64,000 nt of DNA from Eledone cirrhosa. Lineage: Eukaryota. The first letter of the stretch is position 1, and each line of letters starts with the position of its first letter. This document shows positions 39,661 to 54,850 of the stretch, in pieces. The position numbers were made by a program, and so were the translations under genes. The stretch lies in assembly GCA_964016885.1 (NCBI GenBank), contig OZ024756.1, positions 41,540,001 to 41,604,000 on the forward strand. The letters are read 5' to 3'. The notes beneath the pieces are model-generated. The model did no database searches. It was not told the origin of the DNA and saw only the letters and a list, made by a program, of their open reading frames with translations.

Positions 39661-39860
39661 GAAGGTGCGTGGCTCAGTGTTTAGAGAGTTGGGTTCGCAA
39701 TTGTGAAGTTGCAAGTTCAATTCTCGGATCTGGTGATGCGTTGTGTCCTTGAAAAAGATACTTTATTTCTGCCCTTTCTACCAGTTGTGACTGGTAGATA
39801 GTATCAGCAATAGAAAGACTAATGGAAACATTGTTTCCTTGGTCCGATTTGACGGGGTCC
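39661..39860 (+). mobile_element. SINE family B variant in the last NUAK intron
   Basis: Family B head and CORE-like segment; alternative 3' part GATAGTATCAGCAA...GGAAACATTGTTTCC shared with 14475-14675. Confidence 0.75.
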
Positions 39861-40318
39861 ACCCCACTTGGCAATGAGGTCTGGGATCTTGTCAATTAAT
39901 CAGAGCAAGCAATCAGTAAATATGAGACCTGTCTTGTTTTGGTTAACAGTTGAAATTTGAAAAAACCTCAGATTTTGTTCTAAATATTGTTGAAGAGATC
40001 ATAGATTATAGGGTATACTCTTACTTTTCTCAGCTAAGTAACAGTTTGTTTTATTTTGAATGTATCAGGAATAAGTGGGCGAAGAAGAAGAACTCAATTT
40101 CATGAAATGACATCTCTATGAAACTTCCAATCAGCTTATTTATCTCTGTCTATCTCTTTACCCTTTCATTACCATATTTCTAATGAAAGACACTGTCTAT
40201 ATCATTAACCCTTTCACTACCATATTGCTAGTGAAAGACACTGTCTATGTCAATAACCCTTTCATTATCATATTTCTAATGAAAGATGCTATGATAGTAC
40301 ATATTGAAAGTGACTTAC

Positions 40319-40451
40319 CAGAAGACTTTGTAGGTTCATAATAATCTCCAGTTGATATTCGCTTCTTTAGCTCCTTGAAACCATGGCCATCAAATGGCAT
40401 GGCGCCGTAGACCAAAGTGTACAAAAGCACCCCTAAACTCCAACAATCAAC
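40319..40451 (-). CDS. NUAK1: NUAK-family kinase exon (subdomains IX-X), 133 bp
   Basis: ttttcag|GTT...TCTG|gtaagt; [44 protein letters not shown]; phase 0 in, phase 1 out, matching the next exon. Confidence 0.95.
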
Positions 40452-40815
40452 CTGAAAATTAAGAAGATAGAAATTACTTAGGTTTTGTTCAATGATTTTT
40501 AATTTAGGCACTAAGCCAGTGATTGGGGGAAAGGGTAGACCTGAGAAGTTAACTGGTATTTAGGCACAAAGCCAGAGATTGGGGGAAAGGCAGACCTCTG
40601 AGTTTTTGATATAATGATTTTCGATGTAATAATTTTAAATGCATTGTCTGGCCTTCCAATCATTCATAGTATTTTTTTTAAATTTAAGTATTTCATTATT
40701 GAAGTGGGTTGGCAGAAGTGGTAAAGTAACAGATAAAATGCTTTCCAGCATTTAATTATGACCGTCTAAGTTCTGAATTCAAAACTGCCCCAAAACTCTC
40801 AAAAATATATTTTTA

Positions 40816-41028
<213 letters not shown>

Positions 41029-41429
41029 TTAGTTAACAAAAGAAAATGTAAAATGTATGGTAATTGGTAATTATTACTAACTAAACAGTTATTGCTGGTG
41101 TATATATGTGTGATACGATATATATATATATATACACATTGTATCAGAAGAAAAATGCTCACAGAAAAACAGTAACATAAGACAAATAGACAACTGCATG
41201 TCTACCTCTTCAACCACCTTCTGGCATTCAATTTGTGCATTGAGAGAGAGAGAGAGATGTGTGCATGTGTGTCACTTAACATTATTGTTACACCCATTTT
41301 TCCATGCTGACATGGATTATACATATGTGAGAGAGAGGGAGAGAGGGAGAGGAAGAGGAGAAGGAAAAGGTATGACTAGACAATATTAAAGTGTCACCAC
41401 ATTCCAGTTTGTTCAGTAATAATGCTTAC

Positions 41430-41495
41430 CTTAATATTGTTTTCATTATCCAGGACAATATTCTCTAATTTCAGATCACGGTGGACAATACCGTT
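41430..41495 (-). CDS. NUAK1: NUAK-family kinase exon (catalytic loop), 66 bp
   Basis: tttag|AAC...AAG|gtaagc; NGIVHRDLKLENIVLDNENNIK with the HRDLKLEN catalytic motif. Confidence 0.95.
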
Positions 41496-41565
41496 CTAAA
41501 AATTAAAATAAAAAAAATAATTAACATAAGCATTACATTAAATTAATTGAATATATATATATTAT

Positions 41566-41702
41566 TATCATCATCATCATCATTTAACGTCTATCTTCCA
41601 TGCTAGCATGGGTTAGACGGGAATTGTCTCGCTTGAGGCAAGATTGGTCGGGTTTTCTACGGCTGGATGCCCTTCCTAACACCAACCACATTTACAGTGT
41701 GG
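41566..41702 (-). mobile_element. Isolated 3' end of the RTE LINE (or a SINE sharing its tail)
   Basis: Reverse complement of about 59175-59340, including CTGGATGCCCTTCCTAACACCAACCAC and the (GAT)n tail; similar fragment at about 50650-50776. Confidence 0.8.
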
Positions 41703-41800
41703 ATATATATATATCACAGACACACACATACACACACACACACACACGTGACATACACACACACGTGACATACACACATACACGTGACAATGTCCCTTAC

Positions 41801-41952
41801 CTGGTGGCAATAATATATTGCAGATGCTATTTGCCGAAACATTCTTCTAGCTTCTCTCTCAGGTAAGGGTTTCTTTTTATTGATATAATCATAAAGTTCC
41901 CCTCCAGCAGCATAATCCATCACCATTATTATCTTCTCTTTGTTTTCAAACA
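41801..41952 (-). CDS. NUAK1: NUAK-family kinase exon (subdomains IV-VIa), 152 bp
   Basis: ttttcag|TG TTT...CAG|gtaagg; (V)FENKEKIIMVMDYAAGGELYDYINKKKPLPEREARRMFRQIASAIYYCHQ. Phase-1 start means upstream exons are required. Confidence 0.95.
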
Positions 41953-42408
41953 CTGAAAAACATAAATAATAGAAACGAGGCCTTTAATATCTTAACCCTT
42001 TAGTATTTAAACTGGTGGCATCCGGCCAAATCTGCTCAAACCGGCTGTAACCGACCTCTCATATTGACATTAACTATTTAGCATTTAAACCAGCTATATC
42101 CGACCAGAATTCTCTCACCTCTTTCTGTTCAAAGCAGCCAAAATCAGCTGCTCATACTTATGTTAAGGTATTGTTATCAAAATAAATAATATCAAAATCT
42201 CGTGAGAAAGAGAGATATATAGAGAGGAAGAATTAACCCTCAGTATTTGACTGGTTTTTTTCTTTTTATATTGACCTTGAAAGGATGAAAAGCAAAGTTG
42301 ACCTCTGAAAGCAGAGAACAAGGGGAATACTGGGAAGAATTTTATTTGACATTTTAATGATTCTTCCATTCATCCTGACCCAACAAATAAAATGGAGTCA
42401 TAAAACTA

Positions 42409-42483
<75 letters not shown>

Positions 42484-43093
42484 GAGAGACAGAGACAGAG
42501 AGAGAGAGAGAGACAGAGAGAGAGGGAGAGACAGAGAGAGAGAGAGAGAGACAGAGAGGGGGGGGGGGGGGGGAGAGACCGCGCAAGAAGTTTTTCAATT
42601 TTTACATGGCAGAACCAGTGCAAAGTCATTAGGTTGGCTTTTAAAAGTATTTCAACAAGATACTTGATATGTTTAGGGATATAAACCCCCCCCCCCGGTA
42701 AGGAATAAAATAGAAATATATTGGGGGACAGAGAGAGAGGTGGAGGACCAGAACAACACAGCTTACAGGTAAGGAGAGAGAGAGAGAGAGTGAGAGAAAG
42801 GAGAGAGAGAGAGACAAGTTTAAAATGTTGTGAGATTTTGAGTGAGAAACTACAATATAATATATAGCATTGTTAGAAATGTGAAGGTGGGGGGGAGATG
42901 GGAACTCAGAAAGGGTCTCACTCTATCCTCAACATTTTATGAGTATTTATATTTGAGACAGGATATTATATATATATATATATATAGTATTTACGTATCG
43001 AGAAAGAGAAAAAAGGGGGGATAGGTGATACATATAGTTATTTTTAAATAAACATGTTTTAACGGTCTATTCTCCGATTTTTTACTTTCCCAC

Positions 43094-43796
<703 letters not shown>

Positions 43797-43803
<7 letters not shown>

Positions 43804-44460
43804 GAAAAAACGGAGAAGTTTTGTTCACACATGAAAAATGTTTATTGCGTATCGATCTGTTTTGCCTGCTTCACAGAGGATTGGCTCAGGTCCACAACTC
43901 CTGGGTCACCTTGAGCCAATCCTCTGGGCTCAGGTCCACCACTCCTGAGTCACCTTGAGCCAATCCTCTGGGGTCAGGTCCACAACTCCTATGGGTCACC
44001 TTGAGCCAATCCTCTGGGGTCAGGTCCACCACTCCTGAGTCACCTTGAGCCAATCCTCTGGGGTCAGGTCCACAACTCCTATGGGTCACCTTGAGCCAAT
44101 CCTCTGGGGTCAGGTCCACAACTCCTATGGGTCACCTTGAGCCAATCCTCTGGGGTCAGGTCCACAACTCCTATGGGTCACCTTGAGCCAATCCTCTGGG
44201 GTCAGGTCCACAACTCCTATGGGTCACCTTCAGCCAATCCTCTGGGGTCAGGTCCACAACTCCTATGGGTCACCTTGAGCCAATCCTCTGGGGTCAGGTC
44301 CACAACTCCTATGGGTCACCTTGAGCCAATCCTCTGGGCTCAGGTCCACCACTCCTGAGTCACCTTGAGCCAATCCTCTGTGAAACACGTGTAACAGGTT
44401 GCTACACAATAAATATTTTTCATATGTAAACGAAACTTCCTTGTTTTTTTTCTATTATAT
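43797..44460. mobile_element. Fold-back element (about 90-bp diverged inverted arms) enclosing a 44/46-bp minisatellite
   Basis: Arms 43797-43888 and 44366-44460; about 11 internal units GAGCCAATCCTCTGGGGTCAGGTCCACAACTCCTATGGGTCACCTT; relative at about 54170-54330. Confidence 0.7.
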
Positions 44461-44540
44461 ACTCTGCATGTGCATAGAGTAATTGATTTGGTACCAGTAA
44501 TTCACTATTTCACCGTACTACCTACACTGTATATATATAT

Positions 44541-44571
<31 letters not shown>

Positions 44572-45158
44572 CACACACAGACATATATATATATATATAC
44601 ACACACAGACATATATATATATATATATACACACACAGACATATATATATATATATATATACACACACAGACATATATATATATATATATACACACACAG
44701 ACATATATATATATATATATACACACACAGACATATATATCTAACAAGGACAAGGAAGGTGGATGTTAAAAGATTTTACCGCGCTCAAGATTTCACCCCC
44801 ACCCTCTCTCACAGATGCCCCCTCTCTCTCACAGATGTCCCCCCCTCTCTCTCACTCTCACAGATGTCCCCCCCTCTCTCTCACTCTCACAGATGTCCCC
44901 CCCTCTCTCTCACTCTCACAGATGTCCCCCCCTCTCTCTCACTCTCACAGATGTCCCCCCCTCTCTCTCACTCTCACAGATGTCCCCCCCTCTCTCACAG
45001 ATGTCCCCCCCTCCCGACACACACACATTTTATTTAGTCCATAAAACTGTGACACAACCTTTAATGTTGAAGGACTTTTAACATATTTAAACATTTTCCC
45101 TAACACCAATACAAACAATGCAGCTACTGCACTACATAGATTAGATAAATGTACATGT

Positions 45159-45228
<70 letters not shown>

Positions 45229-45253
45229 ACATAGATTAGATAAATGTACATAT

Positions 45254-45297
<44 letters not shown>

Positions 45298-47069
45298 GTG
45301 TGCACTCACACACATGCATGTGCGCACGCACACACACACACCACAAACACAGACACACATGTATATATATGGGGCATTATTTTATCATGGCACCAATATT
45401 AGGGAAGTTGTTACACCCTTGACACAACTAAAGAATCATCTGAACTCCTTTTTAGGAGGGTTTCTACAGCTGGATGCCCTCCCTAACATAACTTATTTTA
45501 CAGAGTGTACTGGGTACAGTTTATCATGGCACCAGCACTTAGGAGGGTTTCTACAGCTGGATGCCCTCTCTAACACCTGGCATACTGAGTTCATTGCAAG
45601 ATATGCAAACAGGTATATTGATTATATGACAGATTTCAAAATAACACGCTCTCATACAGAGGTGGAGGTGGTGCACCAGCCTGGCCTGAAACATGATAGC
45701 TAAAACAAATCAAAGGCCACATGGGTACATCAACACACACATACAGACACACAGATTCACACAAGCAAATATACTCACCTACACACACATACAGACACAG
45801 ATTCACACAAGCAGATATACTCACCTACACACACATACAGACACAGATTCACACAAGCAGATATACTCACCTACACACACATACAGACACCCCTACACAC
45901 GCAACTATTTCCATAATATTTTGTGCATATAAAATCCTGTTCAACTAGTTTTCTTATTTAATTCAATTGGATTATATTATTTCAAAAAATAACAAAAAAG
46001 GAAGTAAACAGGATAAAATAGATAAGAGATACGAGAGAAATGTGTATTTGTAACAATAACGATGTTTTTTTAAGGAGAATTTATATCGTTTTTCTCAGAA
46101 AAATGAAGTTATCTGATACAAAACCTTTCAAGCAACACCACATTATGTTTGAGATAATTGTTTTAGTTTATCGGCCTTCAACCACATTAACTCTTACTAT
46201 ATCAAGTACTTGTTAAATATATGTCTAGGTCACATGTAATTTATAAACACTAATATATGTATAAGTCTAACACACATATAAACTCTTACTATATCAAATA
46301 CATATTAAATGTATGTATAAGTCTATCACATGTACTATATAAACTAACTAAATATATGTATAAGTCTATCACATGTACTATATAAACTAACTAAATATAT
46401 GTGTTACTTTATCACACATATAATATATATAAACTCTTACTAATATATGTGTAAGTCAACAACATATATAAACTCTTACTATATTGAAATACTTGTTAAA
46501 TGTAAGTCTATCACACTTCTCAGGACCTCCAAAACTTGTGGGGGCCCGGAAAGAAATGAGGACAGTGCCATCACCCTTCTTAGGGCCTCTAGAAGGTGAT
46601 GAAAGAATATATCCTCAAATTGGACCCCTAGATTGAATGCTTACAACAGGGGTCACACAACTAAAAGTACTCAAGAACCAAGTCATGTTGTTAATCAAGG
46701 CAACTTATTAAATATGACGTCCATACACTCATGGCAGGATTTGAACTCAGAATCTCAGAATGCAAAGCCAGAAGAAATAGCAGAAGACATCATATTTGAT
46801 GCTCTACCAATCCTGCCAGTCCTTTATTTTATCCCAGGCAGAATGAGAAGGAAAGTTGACTTTAGTGAGATTTGAACAACATAAATCTGAAATGAGAGTT
46901 TCCTTCTACAGAGGACCTGACACTTCTTACACAATGTGTGAGTGTATTTGGTCTGTGTGTGAGTCTATTTGGTGTGTGTGTTTAGTGTATGTGTGTATTT
47001 TGTGTGTGAGTGTGATTATTTGGTGCATGAGTGAATATGTGTGTGTTTGTGTGTTTTTGGTGTTTGTAT

Positions 47070-48337
47070 GCACCAATATAAGAATATAACATACAATATT
47101 GCACCAATATAAGAATATAACATACAATATTGCACTAATATAAGAATATAACATACAATATTGCACCAATATAAGAATATAACATACAATATTGCACCAA
47201 TATAAGAATATAACATACAATATTGCACTAATATAAGAATATAACATACAATATTGCACTAATATAAGAATATAACATACAATATTGCACTAATATAACA
47301 CAATATTGTGGCAATACTGCACCAATATAACAATATTGTGACAATACTGCACCAATATAACAATACTGCACTAATATAACAATATTGTGACAATACTGCA
47401 CTAATATAACAATATTGTGACAATACTGCACCAATATAACAATATTGTGACAATACTGCACCAATATAACAATACTGCACTAATATAACAATATTGTGGC
47501 AATACTGCACCAATATAACAATATTGTGACAATACTGCACCAATATAACAATACTGCACCAATATAACAATATTGTGACAATACTGCACCAATATAACAA
47601 TACTGCACTAATATAACAATATTGTGGCAATACTGCACCAATATAACAATATTGTGACAATACTGCACCAATATAACAATACTGCACTAATATAACACAA
47701 TATTGTGACAATACTGCACCAATATAACAATATTGTGACAATACTGCACCAATATAACAATACTGCACTAATATAACAATATTGTGGCAATACTGCACCA
47801 ATATAACAATATTGTGACAATACTGCACCAATATAACAATACTGCACTAATATAACACAATATTGTGACAATACTGCACCAATATAACAATATTGTGACA
47901 ATACTGCACCAATATAACAATACTGCACTAATATAACACAATATTGCACCAATATAACAATATTGTGACAATACTGCACTAATATAACAATATTGTGACA
48001 ATATTGCACCAATATAACAATACTGCACTAATATAACACAATATTGTGACAATACTGCACCAATATAACAATACTGCACTAATATAACACAATATTGCAC
48101 CAATATAACAATATTGTGACAATACTGCACTAATATAACAATATTGTGACAATACTGCACCAATATAACAATACTGCACTAATATAACACAATATTGCAC
48201 CAATATAACAATATTGTGACAATACTGCACCAATATAACAATACTGCACCAATATAACAATATTGCACCAATATAACAATATTGTGACAATACTGCACCA
48301 ATATAACAATACTGCACTAATAACACAATATTGCACC
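47070..48337. repeat. AT-rich mosaic minisatellite
   Basis: Modules TGCAC(C/T)AATATAACAATA, TTGTGACAATAC and AAGAATATAACATACAATAT in varying combinations. Confidence 0.94.
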
Positions 48338-48599
48338 AGTGACTTCAGGATTGACAAATATATTAATGGAGATATTTTCCAAATGAAGTCCCCCCCCCAC
48401 ACAATCACACAAATACATGCACACACCCCCACACATGTCCTCCCTCACACCCCCTCCACACATGTCCCCCCCCCCCACAAACTTTAAATGAAAATGAAAG
48501 AGGAGGAGGAGAGAGAGAAACTATTTTAATGAAACGATATTAAAGTGAATTAAAAGTTGATGTTTTCTATGGAAATCTTGGCACCATAGAAGATGGCTG

Positions 48600-49138
48600 A
48601 ATGGTGATGATGATGATGGTACAACACCCTCCCCCCCTACACAGCACCAACCCTTACACATACACACACTACCTACCTCAATGGTGATGATGGTGGTACA
48701 ACACCCTCCCCCCCTACACAGCACCAACCCTTACACATACACACACTACCTACCTCAATGGTGATGATGGTGGTACAACACCCTCCCCCCCTACACAGCA
48801 CCAACCCTTACACATACACACACTACCTACCTCAATGGTGATGATGGTGGTACAACACCCTCCCCCCCTACACAGCACCAACCCTTACACATACACACAC
48901 TACCTACCTCAATGGTGGTACAACACCCTCCCCCCCTACACAGCACCAACCCTTACACATACACACACTACCTACCTCAATGGTGATGATGGTGGTACAA
49001 CACCCTCCACCCCTACACAGCACCAACCCTTACACATACACACACTACCTACCTCAATGGTGATGATGGTGGTACAACACCCCCCCCCCCCCTACACAGC
49101 ACCAACCCTGACACATACACACACTACCTACCTCAATG
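48600..49138. repeat. 77-bp minisatellite, about 7 copies
   Basis: AATGGTGATGATGGTGGTACAACACCC... recurs at 48680, 48757, 48834. Confidence 0.95.
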
Positions 49139-49210
49139 CACAAACCATCTATCATAACAGACACACGTACACACATATACACACACATTCACAGACAAAC
49201 ACACACATGT

Positions 49211-49455
49211 ACCCAGTACACCATGTAAAGTGGTAGTGCTGGTGTCATGATAAAATACACCCAGTACACTCTGTAAAGTGGTAGTGCTGGTGTCATGATA
49301 AAATACACCCAGTACACTCTGTAAAGTGATAGTGTTGGTGTCATGATAAAATACACCCAGTACACTCTGTAAAGTGGTAGTGCTGGTGTCATGATAAAAT
49401 ACACCCAGTACACTCTGTAAAGTGGTAGTGTTGGTGTCATGATAAAATACACCCA
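49211..49455. repeat. 48-bp minisatellite, 5 copies
   Basis: ACCCAGTACACTCTGTAAAGTGGTAGTGCTGGTGTCATGATAAAATAC. Confidence 0.95.
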
Positions 49456-50045
49456 GGACACTTGCTTAAAATTCCATGCAGTGGGCTCGAACAGAGGAAC
49501 CACATGGCTGTGGAACAAGTCCCTCAAACACACCACCATGCCTGTGATGACTACTAAAGAACACGTACACCCTCCCTTTTCAAGCCCTAAACAAATAACA
49601 GTGAAACATATTCAACAGATTCACAAGATATTTAATCAAAACACAAACTAAACATTAAACATTCAACTTTCAACAGAAAATATGGAATTTCTAAACAAGC
49701 TTTTGGTTCTTTTATATTTTATTTTTATCTTTATATTCACAAACACGTCGACACAAGCACCTGTCTATACACACACACACACACGTCTACACACACACAA
49801 GTATATTCAGTGAGGAATAAGCCACCACCACTGCCACCAACGTTACTTCCCCACCGCCGCCACCACCACCACCCTCACTCCCCCGTCCCCCCACTTCTAT
49901 ACAAAAGAATGTTCAATATTGCATAAGCTGCAAAGTTAGATCACCTTTCACCTTCATCCACACCTACACACACACATATATACCCATACACACACATATA
50001 TACACTACACACACACACATATATACCCATACACACATATACACG

Positions 50046-50076
<31 letters not shown>

Positions 50077-50224
50077 CCCATACAGATACACTACACACAC
50101 AGGCACACGTATATATATATCCATACACACATATACACTACACACAGACATATATATACACACATATTCACACACAATACTAAATTATGCGCAATTGGCA
50201 ACAGTTGCAATGTCTCTCTCTCTC

Positions 50225-50288
<64 letters not shown>

Positions 50289-50825
50289 TTGCAACTAGAA
50301 AGAAAAAAAGCCGACATTGAAACTTGCAACACATGATATGTATCTTAATGAATTTATGCGCAATAAGTTGCAACACTGCTGTCCGCATCACTACCACACT
50401 CATATATACATATACATGCACACACACACACACATATATATACACAGACACACACACACACATATATATATACACACAGACACACACACACATATATATA
50501 TATACACAGACACACACACATATATATATATACACAGACACACACACACACATATATATATACACAGACACACACACACATATATATATATACACACACA
50601 CACAGACACACACATGAAATGAGATTTACAGCCTACACACTCATGCAATATCATCATTTCATTTTATGTCCACTTTTCCCTGCTTGCAAGGGCGGGACGG
50701 TAACGGATTCTGGCTTGATTTCTACAGCTGGATGCCCTTCCTAACACCAATCTCATTTACAGTGAGTGCTGGGTGCTTTTTTTTTTTTTTTTTACTGTGA
50801 CACCTACATGACCACTTTACAGTGG

Positions 50826-50995
50826 AATGATAGGGACCCCAGTCCCTATCATCTCATTTCTACAGCTGAGTAAACTGGAGCAATGTGAAATAAAGTGTCT
50901 TGCTCAAGGAAACAACACATCACCCGGCCTGAGAATTGAACTCACAACCTTTCGATTGCAAGGTCAATGCTCTAACCACTAAGCCATGTGCCTCC
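50826..50995 (-). mobile_element. SINE family B
   Basis: Reverse complement of 25262-25426 over its full length. Confidence 0.82.
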
Positions 50996-51452
50996 ATATA
51001 TATATATATATTCATTCAAAATATTAACAAAAATAGAACTTTTTGTGATCAAGTATATTTCATTATACATATTTCAGAGGTACTGAGCTAACTTCAAAAG
51101 AAAAACCTTGTTGACTCCCCTTCCTCTTCTGACTAACCCCCCCCCCCAAAAAAAAACAGTCCCACATGTAACCATGGTTTGACATAAACAGATTATATAA
51201 ACATATTTGTTAACATGGAAATACCACAGTGCCGAAGAATGAGGAAATAGACACTTTCATATACATACACATGTATATATATGTATATATACACTATATA
51301 TATATGTGTGTGTGTGTATATATATATATATATGGTGGTAAATACAGCTCTGCTGTCGGGGTCATACTTTTTCCTATTACCCACTCTACTACCCTAAGTA
51401 TTGAGTACTCTGGTGCGTTATGGTCCATCTGGTTCCTTACCACACTTCCTTC

Positions 51453-51497
<45 letters not shown>

Positions 51498-52854
51498 GCA
51501 CATTCAAATATACTCAGAGACATACACATATAGACACACATACATTCAAACAGAGACAGAGATATACTCATACATATACACACACACATTCATACATACA
51601 TACATACACAGGAAAAAAAAAAGACCATTTCCTACTTGAACTACAGCACTAAAAATGTAAAAAAAAAAAATTTAAACTAAACAAATATAAATAAAAAGAT
51701 ATGAATATAAACAGAGTAAAAAAAAACAGACCCCTTCCCCCCTCTGCGCCCCACCCCTGTTTCCTCTTTCAATAGAAACACAAACTAAACAAAACAAAAA
51801 TAACAACAGCCCCTCCCCTCCTGGGGCCAAAACAGAACATATCCTTCTCTTTGTAACAACCTATTAAAAGTTATAAGGTTGGTGGGGGGTAGGGACAGAG
51901 GTTGATGGAGTGGAGGATGAAGGGGGTGGTTGGTGGGGTGGGGGGGCAGATAAGGTGGGGTGTGTGTGGTGGAATTATTGAAGAAATATCATAACACTGC
52001 AACAAGTCAATGTTGACTGACTCATTGCAACCTTTTTTGTTTAATGCATAAACAAATAAAAAATATAAATAAATATAAACATATATAAATATATATAAAT
52101 AAATAAAATATATATAAATATATATAAATATAAATATATATAAATAAATATAAATATATATAAATAAATATAAATATATATAAATAAATATTTAAATAAA
52201 AAGAATTGCAAGAGAAACAATCAAAGTGAAACAAAAAAAATACTTGGTTTTCTGGATTCTTTCCAGATTATCAATGAAGGGGAAAACTACCTTTTCTTTT
52301 TTTAAAATGGAGAAAACAAAAGGTTTTTACTATCATCATCATCACCATGATCGCCACCACCACCACTGACATCCACATCATCATCATGACCACCATCATC
52401 ACTGCTATGATGATGATCATCACCTCCATCAACACCACCATCATAACCACCACCACTACTAACATCATCACTGCCACCATCATCACTACTGCCATAATCA
52501 TAATCCTTATTTCCAGCATTACCACCACCACCACCACCGACATGATGATCATCATCATCATTCAAAGTGTGTCTTCCCTGCTAGCAAGGATTGGACAAGA
52601 CTTCACTGACCAAGTCAGTGCTCAAAGGAAGCTACAGACCTTTCAGATGAGCCAGGGACCAACATCTCAGATTATTTGGATAAAATAACCAAAATATTAT
52701 GAGGTACTTTATTATATCATAAAATACCTCATAATATATTTTGGTTAATCTACTTTATTTTATTTTATCATCATTGGGGGGGGGGGGGGGTTGTCCTCTC
52801 AGTCACTTCATGCCATGAAACTAGGATTAACACTGTTCTAACGAGCCTTCTGGC

Positions 52855-53082
52855 TTAACCCTTTACCATTCACATTACTCTATATTTATTATTGTATTTT
52901 CAGAGAAAAGCTTTACCTCACATAATTATATCACATAGTATGGAATCTATGAGATTTTGATATTATTTATTTTTAGAACAATACCTTAAAGTCAGTATGA
53001 GGGGCCAATTATAGCTGGTTTGAACAGAAAGAGGTGAGAGAATTCTGGCTGGATACAGCCGGTTTAAATGCTAAAGGATTAA
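52855..53082. mobile_element. piggyBac-type MITE
   Basis: TTAA-CCCTTTACCATT...AATGCTAAAGGA-TTAA; inverted copy at 54634-54850. Confidence 0.75.
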
Positions 53083-54192
53083 GACAGACTTTAGACTTAT
53101 TTTATCATGGCACCAGCACTAAAGAGGTTGTCATGTCTTTGACACAAATGAAGGGTCCTCCCGACATTTCTTTGTCTGGCAAGTTTTCTATGGCTAGATG
53201 CTCTTCATATCACTGACCACTTTACAGAGTGAACTGAGTGCTTTTATCGTGTAGATCACCAACATCGTATCATCACAAACCTTTATTTAGCAAATTTCCT
53301 AGTGGGGTGGCCTTCCTATCACCAACTACCTTAGTCAAGGAGAGAGAGAGAGGTGAAAAGTACAGAGAGGGAGAGTTGCAAAGAGAGGTGGGGGGGGGGG
53401 GGGGATTAAATTTAAGTTTCAATTTCAAAACCAAATTAAAAGGAATGAATTTGAAGACAGGAAGAAAGAGAATACACAGGGGGAAAAGCAGGGCAGGGTT
53501 GAGTGGAGCAGGGCAGAGCAGAGTGGAATGGAGTAGGGGTGAAGTGGAGGGTGTTCTATTGTAAACATATATTCAAAATCTGTTGAGGGGAAAAAAAAAA
53601 AAGGGAAAACCAACAAAGAAGTGAAAATATAATTAAGAACCACTGAACATTGAATAATATGACTCATTCCTTTTACAAAAGGTAGAAGAGAAAAAGAGGG
53701 GTCGGAAACTGAAAACCCAGGGCATACCCTATGCTCCCCTTCTCCCCATCATTCAATGAATATTCTAACCCTAACCTTTCTCCACATCCACCCCACTATA
53801 ATTTGATTATATGAATACATCAATAGTTCTGGAAACAAAACTTTAATGTAATATAATGTTCAGAATGAAGCTGGCTGACAGAAATTCTGGTTTAAATAAA
53901 TGTGACGCCATATTAAATCTATTTAATGTCTCCCCACTCCACACGGTTTAGTCCTTATATTTTGTTTTGTTGTTCATTTTATACCTGCAATTTCTTTCTT
54001 TCTTTCTTTCTTTTTTTTACTGAATGAATGCAGCAAGGTTTGGTAATGACAAAGTACTGGGTTCAATCTCATTGCATGGTATCAACTCTACGACTCGGGT
54101 CAACTCTACGACTCGGGTCAACTCAAGGCATTGTGAGAATAATGAAGTAAGAGGGTGTTGTAGTTTGTGATAAGATTTTTATTGTGTATCAA

Positions 54193-54282
54193 CCTGTTAC
54201 ACGTGTTTAGCAGAGGATTGACTCAGGGTGAAACACAGGAGTTATAGACCCAAGTCCATTATCGATCTGCTCTTCAGACTGG
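54193..54282 (-). ncRNA. Degenerate hammerhead ribozyme motif
   Basis: Minus strand: CCAGT-CTGAAGA-GCAGA...TCTGC-tAAAC-ACGT-GTA-ACAGG. The sister copy at 44382-44398 keeps GAAAC-ACGT-GTA-ACAGG. Confidence 0.55.
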
Positions 54283-54633
54283 CGATGTAACTCCTATGAG
54301 TGACCCTGAGCCAACCCTCTGCGAAATAGACAGCTATGCCAGAGCTCAATGACTCAGGTCCTAAAAGCCTGTTTGGACTTATCAATACAATTCAAAGTTT
54401 ATGTTCCATCAAGTGCAAAATAAATGTTATACATAACAGAGACGAGGTCATGCTGCTTTTAATATTCTATCTTAATTGACATTTTTAAAATTGTTCACAA
54501 AACAAAGGCAAGTAGAAGCTATAGAAAGAACATTTTTCAGAGTCAACCGACTGTTACATTTGTAACATGTCACAGAGGGAGGGAGGCCTTACCACATGCT
54601 GTAAGCGTAAAGGTATCAAGCCATATCTCTTGC

Positions 54634-54850
54634 TTAACCCTTTAGCATTTAAACCGGCTGTATCTGGCCAGAATTCTTTCACCTCTTTTCGGTTCAAACC
54701 GGCTGTAACCACCCACTCATATTGACATGAAGGTATTGTTCTCAAAATGAATAACAACAAAATCTCATAGATTCGTTATTATGTGAGGTAAAGCCTTTAC
54801 CATGAAAATACAATAGTAAATATAGAGTAATGTAAATGGTAAAGGATTAA
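54634..54850. mobile_element. piggyBac-type MITE
   Basis: TTAA-CCCTTTAGCATT...AATGGTAAAGGA-TTAA; partial copies at about 41992-42200. Confidence 0.75.
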
